Shown here: positions 1 through 7,462 of the stretch, piece after piece | Position numbering within the stretch: position 1 is the stretch's first letter | How the letters are laid out: every line of letters starts with the position of its first letter | The notes under the pieces: generated by a model | The model's input: the letters and a program-made list of their open reading frames with translations, nothing else | What the model was told of the DNA's origin: nothing | Databases searched by the model: none | Source: an uncultured Oscillospiraceae bacterium | GTDB taxonomy: Bacteria; Bacillota; Clostridia; Oscillospirales; Oscillospiraceae | NCBI GenBank assembly: GCA_964466395.1 | Contig: CAYXNK010000001.1 | Coordinates: 4,696-43,281 of the forward strand | Length of the DNA: 38,586 bases | Direction: 5' to 3' | Program-made: the position numbers and the translations under genes

Positions 1-295
1 ATCTATTATTGGATGCCCAAACACTGTTGTTTATGTAGGCAAGGGGCTTGCCAATCAAAATTTCAAACAAAAGTCTTTCTTCTGGAAAAACAGGACGCAA
101 ATCAGCCGAAAGATATATGGTGTTTTTATGGCACTTAGGACAAATATCTTTATCAATAGAATTGACTGCTTTTATGACAGGTGCTTTGCATTCATCGCAC
201 CAATATATTTCATACGGAATATCTTCTTCCGTCTCATTACCGCATTGTTCGCAAATATCGCTATTCGTTTCTCTGTTGCAGTTCTTGCACCACAT
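1..295 (-). CDS. 5' part of a CDS running off the left edge: N-terminal double zinc-ribbon protein, possibly PAPS-reductase-family-like
   Basis: Not in the ORF track. ATG at 293-295 (minus) preceded by AGGAGG 8 nt upstream. Translation MWCKNCNRETNSDICEQCGNETEEDIPYEIYWCDECKAPVIKAVNSIDKDICPKCHKNTIYLSADLRPVFPEERLLF... is open to position 1. It has two CxxC...CxxC ribbons. The YWCxxC...CxxC...DxRP pattern resembles N-termini of PAPS-reductase-family proteins (from memory, unverified). Confidence 0.5.
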   Translation of the reverse strand, partial: MWCKNCNRETNSDICEQCGNETEEDIPYEIYWCDECKAPVIKAVNSIDKDICPKCHKNTIYLSADLRPVFPEERLLFEILIGKPLAYINNSVWASNNR

Positions 296-350
296 TGACA
301 ATCACCTCCTACATTATATTTTAACAAACATCATGTCCCATAAAACGGAC

Positions 351-557
351 TCATTCTGAATAATGTTCAATAATATCACCGACAGAACACTCAAATAGTT
401 CACAAAGCTTATTTAAAGTTTCATAATCGATGCGCTGCATCTTATCGTGATACAAATTTGATATAGTACCTCTTGAAAGCCCTGTTTTTTCGTACACGTC
501 CTGAATGTTATAGCGCTTTTCTCCCATCAGAACGGATAGACGACATCGTATTGCCAC
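351..557 (-). CDS. XRE/Cro-CI family helix-turn-helix regulator (~68 aa)
   Basis: HTH core YNIQDVYEKTGLSRGTISNLYHDK. The track ORF runs to 572 (TTG), but the GTG at 557 has GGAGGTG 6 nt upstream and gives MAIRCRLSVLMGEKR..., typical of short XRE proteins. Confidence 0.8.
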   Translation of the reverse strand: MAIRCRLSVLMGEKRYNIQDVYEKTGLSRGTISNLYHDKMQRIDYETLNKLCELFECSVGDIIEHYSE

Positions 558-590
558 TTTCAGCACCTCCAAATATATTTATACTTTTAC

Positions 591-619
591 ATTATACCAC
601 CTTTTTCGCCGTTTGTAAA
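591..619 (-). promoter_or_regulatory. sigma-A type promoter for the XRE gene
   Basis: On the minus strand the sequence reads TTTACA, 17 nt, TATAAT with an extended TG (TGGTATAAT). The -10 is plus 591-596 and the -35 is plus 614-619. Confidence 0.5.
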
Positions 620-744
620 TAGATATGGCTTCATTTTTACTCCATATTTGATTATTTCAATTTGATATGGAATTTACAATGGAGCGTTAAAAAAAGAGGA
701 ACTGTCACTCATGCTCTTGCATATTGGCGACAGTTTCTCGAAAT

Positions 745-1149
745 TCATTTGCTGCTTAACTTAATTATCTCGCTAATTAACTTTTCGGGAGAAAACGGTT
801 TTTCCATATGCAGATTCATGCCAGATTTTAGGCAAAGATCACCTACTTCCTCTGGTCTCTCGGAAGATAGTGCAATGATCGGAATCCTTGCTGAGTCTGA
901 GTGTTTTGATGAACGAATAGCAATGGTGGTTTCGTATCCATCCATTTTAGGCATACGGATATCCATTAATATTACAGAAAATTCGCCAGAATAGGATTGT
1001 TCAAATAGGTTCAGAGCATCAGCTCCATTTTTAGCGCATACAACCGATCCACCTCTCGCTGTTATTACATTTCTAACTATTTTCCGATTGATACTAACAT
1101 CATCTACCACAAGAATTTTCTTGCCGTAAAGCCCGCTATTCTTTTCCAT
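745..1149 (-). CDS. stand-alone response-regulator receiver (CheY-like REC) protein
   Basis: KILVVDDVSINR, phospho-acceptor context ILMDIRMPKMDG, IIALSS, and conserved Lys in MEKPF. No output domain. It starts 5 nt after the stop of the upstream GGDEF gene. Confidence 0.85.
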   Translation of the reverse strand: MEKNSGLYGKKILVVDDVSINRKIVRNVITARGGSVVCAKNGADALNLFEQSYSGEFSVILMDIRMPKMDGYETTIAIRSSKHSDSARIPIIALSSERPEEVGDLCLKSGMNLHMEKPFSPEKLISEIIKLSSK

Positions 1150-1153
1150 GTCA

Positions 1154-2440
1154 TCACTCGCTTAAACGGTTACTTATATTGTATCCGTTTCTGCCGCTCC
1201 TTTTTACTTTGTACATATCTGCATCTGCTTTTTCAAGCATTTCTGATACACTTTCAGAGAAGTCGGTAGTGTAGGCTCCTACACTGCATGTGATTTTATA
1301 TAGACCTGATTCTATTTCCAATAAAGCTCTTTTAACCTGAATTATTTTTTTCTCCAGCTCTGACTTGTCGATCGATTCTGTATACACAACAAACTCATCG
1401 CCGCCAAATCTTCCGATAATATCCTCTGAATTCCATACTTGACCAAGTATTTTTGCTGTTTCTGAAAGGATTCTGTCACCAATCAAATGTCCGTAGTTAT
1501 CATTAATACTTTTAAAATTATCAAGGTCAATCATTAACATAACCCGTGACAGTTTTTTTGTATTGTTCAATTTTTCAGCAACCTTGGATAAAAACGCAGC
1601 CTTATTGAATAATCCTGTCAGAAGATCGGTTGTAGCCATAAACATGGCTGTATTTCGCTGCCGGATTTCTGCATCAACATTTTCCGATCTTCCCACAACA
1701 CTTATTATCTTTCCAGTATCATCACAAACACTGCTATAAACCAAGCGATGCCACGCATAATCTTTTAACGCAATATTTGATAAATACTCAAAAGAGGAAT
1801 GGCGCACAATTTTTGTTGCTTCTTGGATTGTTTGTTTATAAATGGCGCACGAATCCGGATGAACTGATTGCTTGTATATGTCTTCATTAAAATAATTTGC
1901 GTATTCGTTTCTAATCAATGTTTCTCCATGTTTTATATAGGATATTAGGAATAAATCTTCGTCTGGAAAATATTCAAACAAAATGTCTTTTGATGTCTTG
2001 TCCAAAATTTTTATTCGTTCCAGTTGTACCTGCGGATTGTACTGAGGAACAACTGCGTTAGATCTTGCATTATATGCTGCGTCATTAAAGTTTTTTGCGT
2101 ACAAATACAACATATCTCGATCTACCGAAAGATTAACGTCCGGCATAATATTCTCATCTTTTTGCTGAAGAAATTGCAATAGTCGTGCATCAAGAAGCGC
2201 ATTGGCAAAAAAATATTCTTTTGTCCTCATATTTACAACACACACAAACAATATTGAGCAGAACTGTACCCAAGACATTGTATGATGTCCGTTTTCAATC
2301 ACTGAAATCCGAGGCGCGGATATCCCGCAGCGTTCTGCAAACTCTTTTTGTGAAAGTCCTAGTAGTTCTCTAAGCTTCGGAAGATGCTTTGCAAGAGTCT
2401 TGCACATATTGATTTTTTCATTTTCACTCAATATGACCAT
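1154..2440 (-). CDS. XRE-HTH / sensor / GGDEF diguanylate cyclase
   Basis: N-terminal HTH (LGLSQKEFAERCGISAPRISVIENG). An unassigned region of about 160 aa follows. The C-terminal GGDEF domain has an intact RFGGDEFVV active site. The position of the RxxD I-site reads NSED. Confidence 0.85.
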   Translation of the reverse strand: MVILSENEKINMCKTLAKHLPKLRELLGLSQKEFAERCGISAPRISVIENGHHTMSWVQFCSILFVCVVNMRTKEYFFANALLDARLLQFLQQKDENIMPDVNLSVDRDMLYLYAKNFNDAAYNARSNAVVPQYNPQVQLERIKILDKTSKDILFEYFPDEDLFLISYIKHGETLIRNEYANYFNEDIYKQSVHPDSCAIYKQTIQEATKIVRHSSFEYLSNIALKDYAWHRLVYSSVCDDTGKIISVVGRSENVDAEIRQRNTAMFMATTDLLTGLFNKAAFLSKVAEKLNNTKKLSRVMLMIDLDNFKSINDNYGHLIGDRILSETAKILGQVWNSEDIIGRFGGDEFVVYTESIDKSELEKKIIQVKRALLEIESGLYKITCSVGAYTTDFSESVSEMLEKADADMYKVKRSGRNGYNISNRLSE

Positions 2441-2508
2441 TTAATTTCTCCGTTTCTCTGCCTGTCATCATGATTTCAATATTTTTGGGTACAATAATTA
2501 TGACAAGC

Positions 2509-2534
2509 AGTAAAAAACCATATAGTTTTTTACT
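2509..2534. repeat. perfect palindrome: 10-bp arms with a 6-bp spacer (agtaaaaaac catata gttttttact)
   Basis: Read directly from the sequence. It lies 70 nt downstream of the integrase stop. Positions 2516-2534 are the exact reverse complement of 3980-3998. Confidence 0.9.
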
Positions 2535-2603
2535 ATACGGTAGTTACCTTTTAAACGCCCTAATAGAGCGCATTTCTTTATTATATGACCATAAATTTGA
2601 CTG

Positions 2604-3740
2604 TTAACAGAATGCAACTAATTGTTCCATATAGCCTCTCTTTAAATCAATAGAAGGATGAACATACCTCTCAAGTGTTATTTTCACATCCGAATGACCA
2701 AGTATCTCAGAAAGTGATTTAATGTCAAAGCCGCATTCAACAGCTCTGGTCGCAAAAGTATGTCGCAACGCATGAAAGGTGTAATCCGCAATACCACACT
2801 GCTTTATAACCGTCTTATATCTTTGGTAATAATTTCGTGGTTCGATATATTTATAATTTCCGGTAAGGATATAATCAAATTGCGATGCACTAACCTCCTT
2901 ATGATTTAAAAGTTCACGCATAATAAATGCAGGTAGCGGAATTGTTCTTATAGACGAGTCTGTTTTAGGACGGTCGATCAAAATTTTTGTTTTGGATTTT
3001 GCATTTTTATCGGTATTTTTTACTCTCTGAATTGTGTGGCAAACCGAAAGAGTACTCTTTTCAAAATTTACGTCACACCAACGCAATGCACAAATCTCAC
3101 CAATGCGCAATCCGGTGTATAGGCATATATAAATACCGAACAAGTAATTGCTCTCTGCATTTTTTGTGATAACTTCAAGCTTTTGTTGCTCCACTATAGT
3201 TAGGATTTCAATGTTTGGTTTTTCAGATTTGGGAATACTAACTGACAAAGTACCTTCGGGAAAATATTTCATCTCAACAGCATAACGTAAAATATGCTTC
3301 AATAATACCGTCATATCTTTTACCGTTTTTGTAGATAATCCGCCTTTTCCATCAAGGCGTCCATGATTTAATTTTTCATCTACAAATTGATCAATAAATG
3401 AATTGTCCAACTGATCAATAATTCTTTGTCCAAAGAACGGCTTAATATGTGTTTCAATCATTTCATGATAATGCGCATAGGAGGATTCTTTCACACGGTA
3501 GCGCTGACGCTTTAAAAAGTTGTCAAGCAAATAATCAAACCGAATATTATGAGAAGACGAAATCATAGACGCTTTTCTTAATTCATCAACTTTGTACTCT
3601 CGCTTTGCTTTTACCTCCGCATAGCTCTTTGCATAAACATATCCATAGCTCGTTTTCCCATTTTCCATTTTACCTGTTGCAAACCTGGCTTCCCAACGAC
3701 CGTCTTTTCGTTTCCAAATGTTTTCGCCTCGTTTTGGCAT
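2604..3740 (-). CDS. int: tyrosine site-specific recombinase (phage/ICE-type integrase), 378 aa
   Basis: Box I TGLRIGEICALRW, box II HALRHTFATRAV, and LGHSDVKITLERYVH with the nucleophile Tyr. The N-terminus MPKRGENIWKRKDGRWEARF is typical of arm-binding domains. The start is placed at ATG 3738-3740 with AAGGAG upstream. The track's extension to 3857 looks spurious. Confidence 0.9.
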   Translation of the reverse strand: MPKRGENIWKRKDGRWEARFATGKMENGKTSYGYVYAKSYAEVKAKREYKVDELRKASMISSSHNIRFDYLLDNFLKRQRYRVKESSYAHYHEMIETHIKPFFGQRIIDQLDNSFIDQFVDEKLNHGRLDGKGGLSTKTVKDMTVLLKHILRYAVEMKYFPEGTLSVSIPKSEKPNIEILTIVEQQKLEVITKNAESNYLFGIYICLYTGLRIGEICALRWCDVNFEKSTLSVCHTIQRVKNTDKNAKSKTKILIDRPKTDSSIRTIPLPAFIMRELLNHKEVSASQFDYILTGNYKYIEPRNYYQRYKTVIKQCGIADYTFHALRHTFATRAVECGFDIKSLSEILGHSDVKITLERYVHPSIDLKRGYMEQLVAFC

Positions 3741-3896
3741 AACAATAACACTCCTTTTCATTAATTTGTATATTGTCAGAGTATTGGTACGGAATAGTGA
3801 CCGCATTTTTGACTGGAATCGCTTGCCTTTTGTAGCGTTTTTCCTCCGACAACACACAATTATAGTTAAACTTTTTTTGAATTCTGTAGCATATCA

Positions 3897-3925
3897 TTGA
3901 TTTTTCGACAAAATAATGCTATACT
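3897..3925 (+). promoter_or_regulatory. candidate sigma-A promoter on the plus strand (TTGATT, 17 nt, TATACT)
   Basis: Read directly from the sequence. It diverges from int. No plus-strand ORF follows. Transcripts would cross the repeat at 3980-3998 and meet the hairpin at 4005-4032. Confidence 0.35.
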
Positions 3926-3979
3926 GATATCAAAATTAATGACTTTTATATTGTAGCGATAAGTTTTGCGCTATCACAA

Positions 3980-3998
3980 AGTAAAAAACTATATGGTT
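3980..3998. repeat. 19-bp perfect inverted copy of 2516-2534
   Basis: agtaaaaaactatatggtt is the reverse complement of aaccatatagttttttact (19/19). It also shares the arm agtaaaaaac in direct orientation with 2509-2518. Confidence 0.9.
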
Positions 3999-4032
3999 AA
4001 AAAAGCCGCCTGTGTTTTTGAACACAGACGGC
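3999..4032 (-). terminator. Rho-independent terminator (minus strand)
   Basis: Stem gccgcctgtg / cacagacggc (9 of 10 bp), 8-nt loop, followed on the minus strand by TTTTTT. Confidence 0.6.
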
Positions 4033-4096
4033 TTTCCGTATATTGAAATAAATTAAACAAATACCATTTTAAATAAATATAAATCCGAAAGTCATA

Positions 4097-4128
4097 GAAA
4101 AAAGAGCTTATCTGAAAAAATAAGCTCT
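4097..4128 (-). terminator. Rho-independent terminator after the AbrB-like gene
   Basis: Perfect 8-bp stem agagctta / taagctct, followed on the minus strand by TTTTTT. It lies 15 nt past the stop codon. Confidence 0.6.
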
Positions 4129-4142
4129 CCTCGGTATATGTT

Positions 4143-4376
4143 TTAGCTTTGTTTTACCTTTGCAATGCACTCTGCACAGAGAGAGAAATTTTCGTTGACT
4201 TGATTCGTAGATCCGCACAGCTTACAGCTTGGTTCAGTCTTTTTTAGCACAATATTGCCATTGTCTTCAAAGATTCCAATTGTACTTTTTGAGGTAATAC
4301 CCAACTTGCTCCGGATTTCTGAGGGAAGGACAATACGTCCCAGCTCATCAATTTTTCTTTCTGTAATAAGTTTCAT
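4143..4376 (-). CDS. AbrB/SpoVT-family DNA-binding protein with a C-terminal CxxC...CxxC zinc ribbon
   Basis: MKLITERKIDELGRIVLPSEIRSKLGI is a classic AbrB swapped-hairpin N-terminus. C-terminus CKLCGS...CAEC. AAGGAG lies upstream of ATG 4376. An upstream in-frame ATG at 4394 overlaps the SLOG stop as ATGA. Confidence 0.75.
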   Translation of the reverse strand: MKLITERKIDELGRIVLPSEIRSKLGITSKSTIGIFEDNGNIVLKKTEPSCKLCGSTNQVNENFSLCAECIAKVKQS

Positions 4377-4390
4377 TTTGCTCTTCTCCT

Positions 4391-4894
4391 TCATATTTCA
4401 TTTGGATTGATAATTACAACTGCTTTACTTTTTTCTTTGGCATATTTTACAACGTTGCCTGTGTCAGAAGCTATATCGTCCCACACAGCAATGGCAAAAT
4501 CAGAATTGTCGACCATGTATTTGCTGCGCTTTTTTAAGCTATCGGACGAATAATGTGTTTGAAGAAGTGTTTCCCTATCGCAATGTCTAATAATCTTAAA
4601 ATAGCGGTTACGCATTGGCTCATTCCAATTTGCGGCTTGTTCTTCATATGGTATTGCACATTCTAATGTAATCTGAAACCATTGTTTTTTCAGTTCTTGT
4701 ACAATCTCTGCACCATAAATTTGAATTCCCTGATCCATACCCGTAATAAAATAAGTCACATTATTCTGAGTTATCATGCGAAGAATTTCATTATACAAAT
4801 GTTCTTTAAGTATTTTGCATCGATTACCGTTTTCATTTCTAAATAGTCGGTTCTTTGATTAATCTCCCAAGAAACAGCAAGTTTTATTATTCAT
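4391..4894 (-). pseudogene. SLOG / DUF1273 (YpsA-like) gene interrupted by an in-frame TAA at 4859-4861
   Basis: Same frame throughout: MNNKTCCFLGD-TAA-SKNRLFRNENGNRCKILKEHLYNEILRMITQNNVTYFITGMDQGIQIYGAE...ECAIPYEEQAANW...FAIAVWD. The KTCCF(T/L)G(H)R opening and the remainder match the DUF1273 family. The stop sits where family members have His/Arg. Confidence 0.65.
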
Positions 4895-4928
4895 GCTCAT
4901 CACTTCCTTTTTTGTAATTCTATATGTG

Positions 4929-4941
4929 TTATACCAACTCT
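4929..4941 (-). repeat. 13-bp element AGAGTTGGTATAA (extended -10-like), inverted partner of 5475-5487
   Basis: The minus strand reads agagttggtataac, which is TGgTATAAC, upstream of the SLOG/AbrB genes. The identical 13-mer occurs on the plus strand at 5475-5487. Confidence 0.5.
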
Positions 4942-4991
4942 TATAGATATAGTATACTACACTGTTGTGTCGAATGTTGTAGAAGTGTGGG

Positions 4992-5032
4992 AGAAAAATA
5001 AAAAATCTGCAATTTCTTATATTGCAGATTTT
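4992..5032 (-). terminator. strong Rho-independent terminator after the 108-aa XRE gene
   Basis: Perfect 12-bp stem aaaatctgcaat / attgcagatttt, 7-nt loop, then a T-rich run on the minus strand. Confidence 0.7.
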
Positions 5033-5059
5033 CGTACATATATTCAATTAAAATGAGTT

Positions 5060-5386
5060 TTACTTTTTTGCTTCTTTAACAAGTGTCTCCAAAACAGCAA
5101 AGATGCGAGATCGTTCTTCAGCTGATAAGTTGTCCATTTCATCAGCAATTTTCGATGCCCTTATCTTATATCCAGATTTGATTACATCAATAAAAATCTC
5201 ATCTGACGAAATATCCAGCGTTTCAATAATCTTAATGAGATTTTCCATACTCGGATATTTTACGCCGCGTTCGATAGCAGATAAAAAGTTTGGTGTAACA
5301 CCAATCATCTCTGAAAATTGATCCTGAGTATAACCTCTTTTTTCCCTGCAAGCCTGAATTCTGCGTCCGATACGTTTGTCTGCCAT
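5060..5386 (-). CDS. XRE-family HTH regulator (108 aa)
   Basis: RGYTQDQFSEMIGVTPNFLSAIERGVKYPS. RBS AGGAGGTG upstream of the ATG. Confidence 0.85.
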   Translation of the reverse strand: MADKRIGRRIQACREKRGYTQDQFSEMIGVTPNFLSAIERGVKYPSMENLIKIIETLDISSDEIFIDVIKSGYKIRASKIADEMDNLSAEERSRIFAVLETLVKEAKK

Positions 5387-5474
5387 AAATCACACCTCCT
5401 AAACACATTGAGAGTTAATTCAACTCTTTTAGTATTAGTATATCGTAAAAAATTGGCACTATACAGTTTCACAC

Positions 5475-5488
5475 AGAGTTGGTATAAT
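5475..5488 (+). promoter_or_regulatory. extended -10 promoter-like element (TGGTATAAT) on the plus strand; inverted partner of 4929-4941
   Basis: agagttggtataat read directly from the sequence. No convincing -35 and no plus-strand ORF downstream. Confidence 0.3.
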
Positions 5489-5569
5489 TCTAATAGTGTT
5501 AGTTTGCGACGACTTGAATTGATTTGAAGAATAATTATTTAAGATGTTTTGAAAATATATTTTAATTTT

Positions 5570-5603
5570 ATAGGCTCTGATGTCCATGTTCACCAGAGCC
5601 TAT
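5570..5603. terminator. perfect 10-bp hairpin at the 3' end of the conjugation operon
   Basis: ataggctctg, 14-nt loop, cagagcctat. It begins 5 nt beyond the stop of the M23 gene. There is no clean U-tract on either strand. Confidence 0.35.
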
Positions 5604-5607
5604 CTGG

Positions 5608-7368
5608 TTATTTAAAATAATTTAAAGGATTAGATCGTTCTCCATCTTTGTAAACCTCAAAATGCAGATGATTTCCGGTTGAATTTCCGGTTGTACCCAC
5701 ATAGGCAATAACCTGTCCTTTTTTGACCTCTTGACCGTTTACAACTGCAATAGACGAACAATGCGCGTACAATGTTTGGTAAGTGTCGTTATGCCGTATT
5801 TTTACATGATACCCGTAGCCGTAACCCCAGTTATCCGTTGCATTGGCAACCTCGACTGTTCCGTCCGCTGCCGCAAGAATCGGCGTACCCGCGGGAGCCG
5901 CAATATCAAGACCACCGTGGAATTTTGTTTCACCCGTAAACGGATCGGAGCGATAGCCGAACTGTGAAGAAATAGAAAAGCTTTCTGGCAGCGCCCAAGA
6001 GAAAATATCAGTCGGTTTCCAATCAGCTCCAGAGAGGATAATTTCATCCGTTCCAGCAGAATAACCACCGAGAAGTTCAGCCCACATGGACGTGTATTCG
6101 TGGCTCATCAAGAGTTGCAGTTGCTCTGTCTGATCAGCATTAAAGCTGTAAGCGCTTATCATTTCGGAATAGCTTTTATGTGTCAGATTTATCGTCAGTA
6201 TTTTTTCAGAAACTGTCTTTTTAACAATCGTTTCCTTGCCGTCCGCGCCTGTTTCTGTTACATCAACTTCTTTGGAAACCGTTTTTGAGGAATGAGTGAT
6301 ATTGTTCATATCCCATAGCACCTGCCGCAGAATAGCAATTTTATCATCGGTAATCGTAACGACATCTGTGCCGTTCCCGTCTGTCGTAACCTTGACAGCA
6401 TAGACAGCTAATACCTCATTCCACTTGACCGCCTGAACGCCGTCGCTGGAAATAACTTCAACATCATCGTAGTTGTTTCCGGCTTTTATCTGCTCAATCT
6501 TATCGTAGTATTCGGTATTCAGCTGTGCGACAACCTGCGTCATCGGTGTTCCGCCCGGTGTTGCTTCATTTGAGAAGAAAATACCGAAACAAGAGCCTAC
6601 AATAAGGGCTATCAGACATATCACAATAATAACTACCACGGCAACCCAACCTCCGGCAGCAATAGCGGCAATCAATGCCTTTGTCCCGGCGACGATTGCT
6701 TTGACCGCCGCAATGGTCGCTTTCACGGCGGCTTTCACGGTCGCGACAGTTGCTTTTGCCGCAGCGCGGGCAGCCTGCGCCGCCTTTTGTGCCGCTTTCA
6801 CCGATGCTTTTGCGGTTTTCTCCGCCGCCTTTGCAGTTTGCTGTGTCGTTTTAATAGCGGCTTTTTCGGTTCTGACCGCCGTTTTTACGGATTTTTGCGT
6901 GGTCTTGATTGTTCCTTTTGCCGTCTGCTTTATGGTCTTATTGGTCGTTTTGACCGCTTGCCCGGATTTCTCTGCTAACTGCTTTGGTGCGGATGTGGCA
7001 GAGCGCGTGTATGGAGCGCCGGTGGAACAGGCAGGATTCGGCTGTATGGATAATTCCGTAGAAGTCGGGTTTTGCGCCGCCTTTTTTGCCCGATGCTCTT
7101 TGATACTACGGATTGTTTTTCTTGTTGCATTTTTTCCAAACCGATTTGCCGCAGATATCGTATATCTTGCTGCGGATTCAGCCTTGTCGGTTGCCTGATC
7201 GGAAGCATATTCCTCCGGTGTATCGTGGGAGCTGTCCTGATAATAACCATTCTCCGCCTTTTCTTTGGTGCGAATAAAGGTGTCGCGCATACGCTCGGAA
7301 GCAATGGCGGACTTATCTACAATTTTGATTGTTCCTTTGTGAGATTCACGTTTTTTAATGTCCGGCAT
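5608..7368 (-). CDS. membrane-anchored M23/LytM peptidoglycan hydrolase with an Ala/Lys-rich N-terminal region
   Basis: [14 protein letters not shown] (HxxxD) and [12 protein letters not shown] (HxH). TM segment [25 protein letters not shown]. The start is placed at ATG 7366-7368 with AAGGAGG 5 nt upstream. Confidence 0.9.
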   Translation of the reverse strand: MPDIKKRESHKGTIKIVDKSAIASERMRDTFIRTKEKAENGYYQDSSHDTPEEYASDQATDKAESAARYTISAANRFGKNATRKTIRSIKEHRAKKAAQNPTSTELSIQPNPACSTGAPYTRSATSAPKQLAEKSGQAVKTTNKTIKQTAKGTIKTTQKSVKTAVRTEKAAIKTTQQTAKAAEKTAKASVKAAQKAAQAARAAAKATVATVKAAVKATIAAVKAIVAGTKALIAAIAAGGWVAVVVIIVICLIALIVGSCFGIFFSNEATPGGTPMTQVVAQLNTEYYDKIEQIKAGNNYDDVEVISSDGVQAVKWNEVLAVYAVKVTTDGNGTDVVTITDDKIAILRQVLWDMNNITHSSKTVSKEVDVTETGADGKETIVKKTVSEKILTINLTHKSYSEMISAYSFNADQTEQLQLLMSHEYTSMWAELLGGYSAGTDEIILSGADWKPTDIFSWALPESFSISSQFGYRSDPFTGETKFHGGLDIAAPAGTPILAAADGTVEVANATDNWGYGYGYHVKIRHNDTYQTLYAHCSSIAVVNGQEVKKGQVIAYVGTTGNSTGNHLHFEVYKDGERSNPLNYFK

Positions 7369-7385
7369 ACAGACCTCCTTTCCGC

Positions 7386-7421
7386 CCAAAAGATAACCGG
7401 GGAAGGAAAGACCTTCTCCGG
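7386..7421 (-). terminator. possible attenuator or terminator between the VirB4 and hydrolase genes
   Basis: Stem ccggagaagg / ccttccccgg (9 of 10 bp), 5-nt loop, followed on the minus strand by TTATCTTTT. Confidence 0.35.
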
Positions 7422-7462
7422 AATATCCTCGGACAATTTTTATTCGTAATTATGCTTTCGAT

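Noticed and set aside
48-359. 103-aa plus-strand ORF at the left edge
   Set aside because: The opposite strand has a much better gene: AGGAGG, an ATG at 295, and zinc-ribbon motifs. The plus-strand product looks like junk.
573-744. Weak hairpin (aagag...ctctt followed by a T-run on the minus strand) after the receiver gene, as a possible terminator
   Set aside because: The stem is only about 5 bp with a long loop, which is too weak to call.
3741-3857. N-terminal extension of the integrase ORF, and the overlapping 75-aa and 60-aa ORFs at 3670-3900
   Set aside because: The internal ATG at 3740 has AAGGAG upstream and yields the canonical MPKRGENIWKRKDGRW integrase N-terminus. The upstream residues are not integrase-like.
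4895-5047. Upstream part of the 62-aa ORF 4859-5047
   Set aside because: Only its last 11-13 codons (MSMNNKTCCFLGD) are meaningful, as the start of the SLOG gene. The rest crosses a strong terminator hairpin (5002-5032).
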